Below are positions 59,039 through 64,000 of a DNA stretch of 64,000 nt, piece after piece. The DNA comes from a bacterium (lineage in GTDB: Bacteria > UBA8248), in NCBI GenBank assembly GCA_965213625.1, contig CBDBZU010000004.1, positions 1,536,001-1,600,000 on the forward strand. Direction: 5' to 3'. Under the pieces are notes generated by a model that searched no databases, was not told the origin of the DNA, and saw only the letters and a program-made list of their open reading frames with translations. The translations under genes and the position numbers were made by a program. Position 1 is the stretch's first letter. Each line of letters starts with the position of its first letter.

Positions 59039-59776
59039 TCATTCTACGGGCGGCCAGATGCGCTTGCCGCGCGTCGGCGAGCCGGGCGTGTGGAGCAGGC
59101 GCTGGCATACGTGGTACGACCAGTCGTTCTCGCCCGGGAAGAGTTTGTCTGCGCGCGGGAAGTGCTCGAGGACTTTTTCCAACGAAACAAACTCATAAAA
59201 AATGCTGTGCTTCGCCCACCCCGCCACGGAGACCAGCTTGCGCGTTCCCACGCAGCCGCGCATGTACTTCATCGCGGGTAGGCGGTCCTGCGCGTACCAG
59301 GAACTCAGGTCGAAATCATCCTCGGGCGTAAAGCAGTTGAACGTGCCCATCTGTACTATCGGCGCGGGCACGCCGCCCAGGGCGCGGGTGTCGGCGGCGG
59401 GGCCGTTCACCCGGTCGACTTCGGTGAAGATGCCCGTGCGCTCGCCGATTCTTTTCGAGATCATCGCCTTCGTCCCATCGGAATAGGTTTCTGCAAGCTG
59501 CGCAGGGTTGGGACTCAGGAACACCTCCGCGCTCGATCCTCCGAATAAGAGCAAAAACTCGGTGCCATTCGGGATCGAGGGGTCGTCAGTGTAGGCCAGG
59601 TGTTCTTTTTTCTTGGATTTGGGCGATTCCCTGTCCACGAGCTCATAGTGCGCCGCCCACATGTAGCCGGGGCGTTTGAGCGCGTCCTTGATGTGGGTGT
59701 GGTGCAGCCAGTCGTTGTATTCGGCCTCGTCTTCTTTCGGCAGATCGTACCAGGTCGCCCAGATGCTTCGGTCCAT
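59039..59776 (-). CDS. Hypothetical protein with tandem EthD/DUF4286-like alpha-beta barrel domains
   Basis: Repeated pattern EAEYNDWLHHTHI...PG and DFDLSSWYAQDRL...RG. Confidence 0.65.
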   Translation of the reverse strand: MDRSIWATWYDLPKEDEAEYNDWLHHTHIKDALKRPGYMWAAHYELVDRESPKSKKKEHLAYTDDPSIPNGTEFLLLFGGSSAEVFLSPNPAQLAETYSDGTKAMISKRIGERTGIFTEVDRVNGPAADTRALGGVPAPIVQMGTFNCFTPEDDFDLSSWYAQDRLPAMKYMRGCVGTRKLVSVAGWAKHSIFYEFVSLEKVLEHFPRADKLFPGENDWSYHVCQRLLHTPGSPTRGKRIWPPVE

Positions 59777-59811
59777 GTGTTGTGTCCCCCAGGGGTATCG
59801 AAAAATAAGGT

Positions 59812-60195
59812 TTAAGCCTTCCGCTCCTCAAGTACGGCGCGAAGGCATTTAATGCCCATCATCAGCGAGGGGCCGCCGGCGGGAAAAATGAGGCATTGCA
59901 CGGCCTCGAATATCTCATCCTCGGTGGCTCCTAAGTCCAGCGCACGGTGGATGTGGTTTTTGACGTAAGTCTCCACTTCCGTGCCCGGCAGGCGCACGCA
60001 AAGGGCGGTGATGATGATGAGTTCCCGCATCTTCTCAGACAGCGCGCCCTCGCGCTTGATGACGTGGTTATAGAGCGCGCTTTGGCGCACGTGGTATTCG
60101 GGGTCTTTGTTGATGTAGAACTCCTGCTCGGGAAGCACCCAGCCGCGGTCGGCGACGGTCTTCTCTATCAGGGCCTTCTTCTCGGCTTCGTCCAT
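59812..60195 (-). CDS. Carboxymuconolactone decarboxylase-family protein
   Basis: ALSEKMRELI...HIHRALDLGATEDEIFE...AGGP pattern; GGAG SD before ATG 60195. Confidence 0.82.
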   Translation of the reverse strand: MDEAEKKALIEKTVADRGWVLPEQEFYINKDPEYHVRQSALYNHVIKREGALSEKMRELIIITALCVRLPGTEVETYVKNHIHRALDLGATEDEIFEAVQCLIFPAGGPSLMMGIKCLRAVLEERKA

Positions 60196-60367
60196 CTTTG
60201 GTCTCCATCGTGGTGATGCGGGAGCAGGCCTGTCATAAGGCGCGCGTGCCGGCCCACATCCGGGGGCGACCGCCATGCCCGCAAAAACGCCCGGCTTCAT
60301 ATGCTATCGACCGGGCGTTCCTGTGAGAAATATTATGAAACCCGAAAAGATTCGGGGTGGTTTGTAG

Positions 60368-60440
<73 letters not shown>

Positions 60441-60540
60441 AAGAGAAAAGAGATTTACGACGCGTCGGCTCGTAAGTCAAGCCGTCCGCTGGAACCGCGG
60501 GCGGAGAAAGGCGGAATTCGGCACTCGCGCCGCCGCCTGC

Positions 60541-60569
60541 TTGACGAAGGCGGGGGCGGTGTGTTCAAT
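60541..60569 (+). promoter_or_regulatory. Putative sigma70 promoter for tRNA-Thr
   Basis: TTGACG-17 nt-TTCAAT. Confidence 0.4.
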
Positions 60570-60620
60570 ACCTCCCTCATGGGGAACGCGGAACCTCACC
60601 AGGGTTGCATGCTCCTTTCA

Positions 60621-60697
60621 GCCGACGTAGCTCAGACAGGTAGAGCAGCTGATTCGTAATCAGCAGGTCACCGGTTCAAGTCCGGTCGTCGGCTCCA
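60621..60697 (+). tRNA. tRNA-Thr(CGT)
   Basis: GCCGACGTAGCTCAG...GCTGA-TTCGTAA-TCAGC...GGTTCAAGTCC...CGTCGGCTCCA. Confidence 0.96.
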
Positions 60698-60735
60698 TCA
60701 AAAATCTTTTCCGGTTACTCCATCCGAGGTGTTTC

Positions 60736-61635
60736 ATGGCGAAGCGAAATAGCGTGGGCGTTATCGGCCTGGGCCGCATGGGGAACCCCGTGGCGCAGCG
60801 GTTCATCGGGGCGAAGATGCCCTTGATGCTCTGGGACGTTTCAGACGATAGGCGGAAGCCGTTCGAGGAAACAGAGGGCGTCACTATCGCCACGCCGCGT
60901 GAAATAGGGGAGTCCTGCGCTGTCGTCTTCTTCGTCGTTCCCTCATCGGAGGAGATAGCGGCATGCTTCAAGGGAATAGACGGACTGCTCAAAAACCCGA
61001 GGAAAGGCCTCGTCGTCTATGACCTCACGACGTCGGACCCGGCGAAGACAAAGCGTCTCGCGAAGCGCGCCGAGCGCGCAGGGCTGGGCTATCTCGACGC
61101 CGGCATGAGCGGCGGGCCCGGTAACATTCTGGAGGGCAAGCTCACGCTCATGATCGGAGGAGACGAGAAACTCTTAAAGCGCACGAGGCGATACCTCGAA
61201 CCATTCGTGGATCACACCTTCCATCTGGGCGCGCTGGGTTCGGGCCACACCATGAAGCTCATCCACAACATGGTGCTCCACACGACGTTCCTGGCGACTT
61301 GCGAGGGCGCGCGCCTCGTTGAGCGTCTCGGGATGCGCGTCGAGGACATGATCGACATCTTCAACGCATCGACGGCCTACAGCTACGCGACCCGGCATCG
61401 TTTTCCGAACAACATCCTCTCTGGTACGTGGAACGGGCAGGCGCGCATCTACAACCTGCAAAAAGACGTCGGCCTCGCCGTCGGGATCGGGCGAGAACGC
61501 GGCGCGGACATCGAGCTCGCCGAGCATACGCTCTCGTTTTTGAGAAAGGCCGTAGATCGCGGGATGATCGAGGAGGACCTGACGCTTCTCTACCGCGATT
61601 TCGACCAGATACAGAAGATGGACGCGCCCGAATAG
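60736..61635 (+). CDS. 3-hydroxyisobutyrate/6-phosphogluconate dehydrogenase-family NAD(P) oxidoreductase
   Basis: GVIGLGRMG, LDAGMSGG and GSGHTMKLIHN motifs. Confidence 0.88.
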   Translation: MAKRNSVGVIGLGRMGNPVAQRFIGAKMPLMLWDVSDDRRKPFEETEGVTIATPREIGESCAVVFFVVPSSEEIAACFKGIDGLLKNPRKGLVVYDLTTSDPAKTKRLAKRAERAGLGYLDAGMSGGPGNILEGKLTLMIGGDEKLLKRTRRYLEPFVDHTFHLGALGSGHTMKLIHNMVLHTTFLATCEGARLVERLGMRVEDMIDIFNASTAYSYATRHRFPNNILSGTWNGQARIYNLQKDVGLAVGIGRERGADIELAEHTLSFLRKAVDRGMIEEDLTLLYRDFDQIQKMDAPE

Positions 61636-61889
61636 GCCAAACTCGAGTGGATGCCGCTCAGGATGAGATTTGACGGGGGCCAATCCCTGAAAGTAGAATA
61701 CGCGCGCTTGTGAACCAGGGCAAAAATCTTTAAGTTTGCGCAAAATTGTAAAGTATTCCGGCAAGGTCTCGTTCGTCGCCGTTCATGCGAGCAGGCCTGA
61801 TTTTGGTAATTTTTCGGGGTCGCGGCCCCGGTAGTTTGGTTTTGACCACCTGAATCGGAACATTCTATTCCCATCAAGGAGAAAACGAA

Positions 61890-62477
<588 letters not shown>

Positions 62478-62489
62478 GGGAGCGATATC

Positions 62490-62954
62490 ATGGCTTTGAG
62501 CGTAGGTGATGCAGCACCCGATTTTGAACTGCCGAGAACCCTCGCCGAGGGCGATACGGTCAAGCTGAGCGATTTTCGCGGAAAGAGAAACGTTCTGCTT
62601 TGCTTCTACCCGTTTGATTTCTCCTCCGTGTGCAGCGAGCAGTTGCCCGCCTATCAGGCGGAGAAGGCGAAGTTCGATGCCGCCGACTGTGAGGTCATCG
62701 GCATTAGCGTGGACAGCCCGTTCGCACACGCCGCCTGGGCCGAGAAATACGGCATCGAGTTCCCGCTGCTGAGTGATTTTTTCGGCAAGGGAACGTGTGC
62801 GGCCTACGGTTTTCTGAACGACAAGGGGTTCAGCAACCGCGCGGTGGTTCTCGTCAACAAGGACGGGAACGTCGCATACATGGAAGTGACGGCCGCTCCG
62901 CCCGAAAAGCCCGACGACGATAAGCTCTTCGCGGCGGTCGAGGGTCTGGGCTAG
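62490..62954 (+). CDS. Peroxiredoxin (AhpE-like)
   Basis: [10 protein letters not shown] peroxidatic motif; GISVDS, LLSDF and NRA motifs. Confidence 0.88.
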   Translation: MALSVGDAAPDFELPRTLAEGDTVKLSDFRGKRNVLLCFYPFDFSSVCSEQLPAYQAEKAKFDAADCEVIGISVDSPFAHAAWAEKYGIEFPLLSDFFGKGTCAAYGFLNDKGFSNRAVVLVNKDGNVAYMEVTAAPPEKPDDDKLFAAVEGLG

Positions 62955-62978
62955 GCCTGTTTTGGAGTTCGTGTATCT

Positions 62979-63014
62979 GGGCGCGGGGTGGACATGCCCC
63001 GCGCCCGTTTTTTT
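62979..63014 (+). terminator. Rho-independent terminator after sod-prx
   Basis: GGGCGCGGGG...CCCCGCGCCC followed by GTTTTTTT. Confidence 0.85.
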
Positions 63015-63056
63015 GCGTCTCGCATACTGCGGGCGTCCGCCTGGGGGAGTAGGGAA

Positions 63057-63947
63057 GTGGTGAACGGGTTGTCAGCCGTCATCGATGGCATCGTCTCAGA
63101 TCCAGTGAGCGTATCCATCGAGCTTTACCCGCCCAAGGGGCGTAAGGCGGTGGAGCGCACCCTGCGTGAGGTGGCGGCCATACATGACGCGATGGACGTC
63201 GCCTTCACTTCGGTGACCTACGGGGCGGGCGGCTCCACGCAGGAGGGCACACTCGAACTCGTTCTGGAGTTGGCCCACCGCTATCCGAACCGCGTGGTCG
63301 CACACCTCACCTGCGTGGGCGCGAACGAGGCGGAAATCTCGCGCCTGATGGAGGTGTACCAGGATAACCGGGTGCGCGACATTCTCGCGCTTCGTGGAGA
63401 CATCCCCGAGGGCATGACGCGTGAAGAGGCCGTGGCCGGCGGATTCCGCTACGCCGCGGATCTCGTGCGCTGGCTCTGTAATTTCGACGGACTCCACTCC
63501 ATCGGCGTGGCGTGTTATCCCGAGGGCCACCCCGAAACGCCCGATAAAGCCAAAGATATGGATCACTTCGTCCGCAAGGTCGATGAAGGGGCCAACTACG
63601 CGGTTTCGCAGTTTTTCTTTGAAGCGCACGTCTGGGAGCGGTTCAGGGAGCAGATGGCGATGCGGAGCGTGGGGATTCCCCTGTCGCCCGGCATTCTGCC
63701 CGTGCGCGACCTGGGCCAGGTACAGCGTTTCGCGAAAAAATGTGGGGCGAACGTACCGAGAAGCGTCGTCGATGCGTTGGCTCCCTACGAGAATGACCCC
63801 GAGGCCTTTCAGGAAAGCGCGGCCGACCTGGCGGCGTTCCAGATTTGGGAGTTGATGGAACTGGGCGTCAGTCATTTCCACGTCTACGCGCTCAACCGCT
63901 CGGACATCGTCCTGCGTATCGCGGACAGGCTGGGCTGGCGCAGGTAG
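63057..63947 (+). CDS. metF: Methylenetetrahydrofolate reductase
   Basis: SIELYPPK, SVTYGAGGS, AHLTC, LALRGD, YPEGHP, SQFFF and HVYALN motifs. Confidence 0.93.
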   Translation: MVNGLSAVIDGIVSDPVSVSIELYPPKGRKAVERTLREVAAIHDAMDVAFTSVTYGAGGSTQEGTLELVLELAHRYPNRVVAHLTCVGANEAEISRLMEVYQDNRVRDILALRGDIPEGMTREEAVAGGFRYAADLVRWLCNFDGLHSIGVACYPEGHPETPDKAKDMDHFVRKVDEGANYAVSQFFFEAHVWERFREQMAMRSVGIPLSPGILPVRDLGQVQRFAKKCGANVPRSVVDALAPYENDPEAFQESAADLAAFQIWELMELGVSHFHVYALNRSDIVLRIADRLGWRR

Positions 63948-64000
63948 GTTTTGGCGCGGGGACGCGACCATCCACCCTCGTTTTATCGAAAAAACATAGA

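Noticed and set aside
62490-62954. Second selenoprotein candidates (peroxiredoxin, molybdoenzyme, 59812 CMD)
   Set aside because: All are uninterrupted ORFs with no in-frame TGA

Overview
GC-rich bacterial chromosomal segment. It has no CRISPR array, rRNA, integrase or intact IS. It carries about 60 CDSs and two divergent tRNAs (Lys-TTT, Thr-CGT). Housekeeping genes include thiI, ispB, maf, greA, cysE-iscS-iscU, folD-xseA-xseB-ispA-dxs-tlyA, nth, rlmN, acnA, fumC, sod and metF, mixed with many catabolic or redox genes of unknown substrate. Main observations: (1) A hidden selenoprotein: two ORFs (58357-59022, minus) are one AhpD/CMD-family gene with an in-frame UGA in a CxxU motif followed by a bacterial SECIS hairpin. 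It sits upstream of an uncharacterised acyl-CoA gene run with two HadAB-like hotdog pairs around an NDP-forming CoA ligase. (2) A two-gene molybdoenzyme module: a four-cluster ferredoxin fused N-terminally to a Mo-bisPGD subunit, plus a bis-His membrane protein. (3) A SelA/DgaE-like PLP gene that appears to start at AUU, coupled to a stand-alone protein resembling a phage tail-fibre domain. (4) A small GIY-YIG nuclease boxed by near-identical CGTC-tagged palindromes that also occur elsewhere. (5) A Rieske-protein islet flanked by a diverged duplication of a cupin 3' end. (6) A lower-GC block of core genes (~25-41 kb) ending at a dif-like palindrome. All calls are from motif recognition by eye; no database searches were run.
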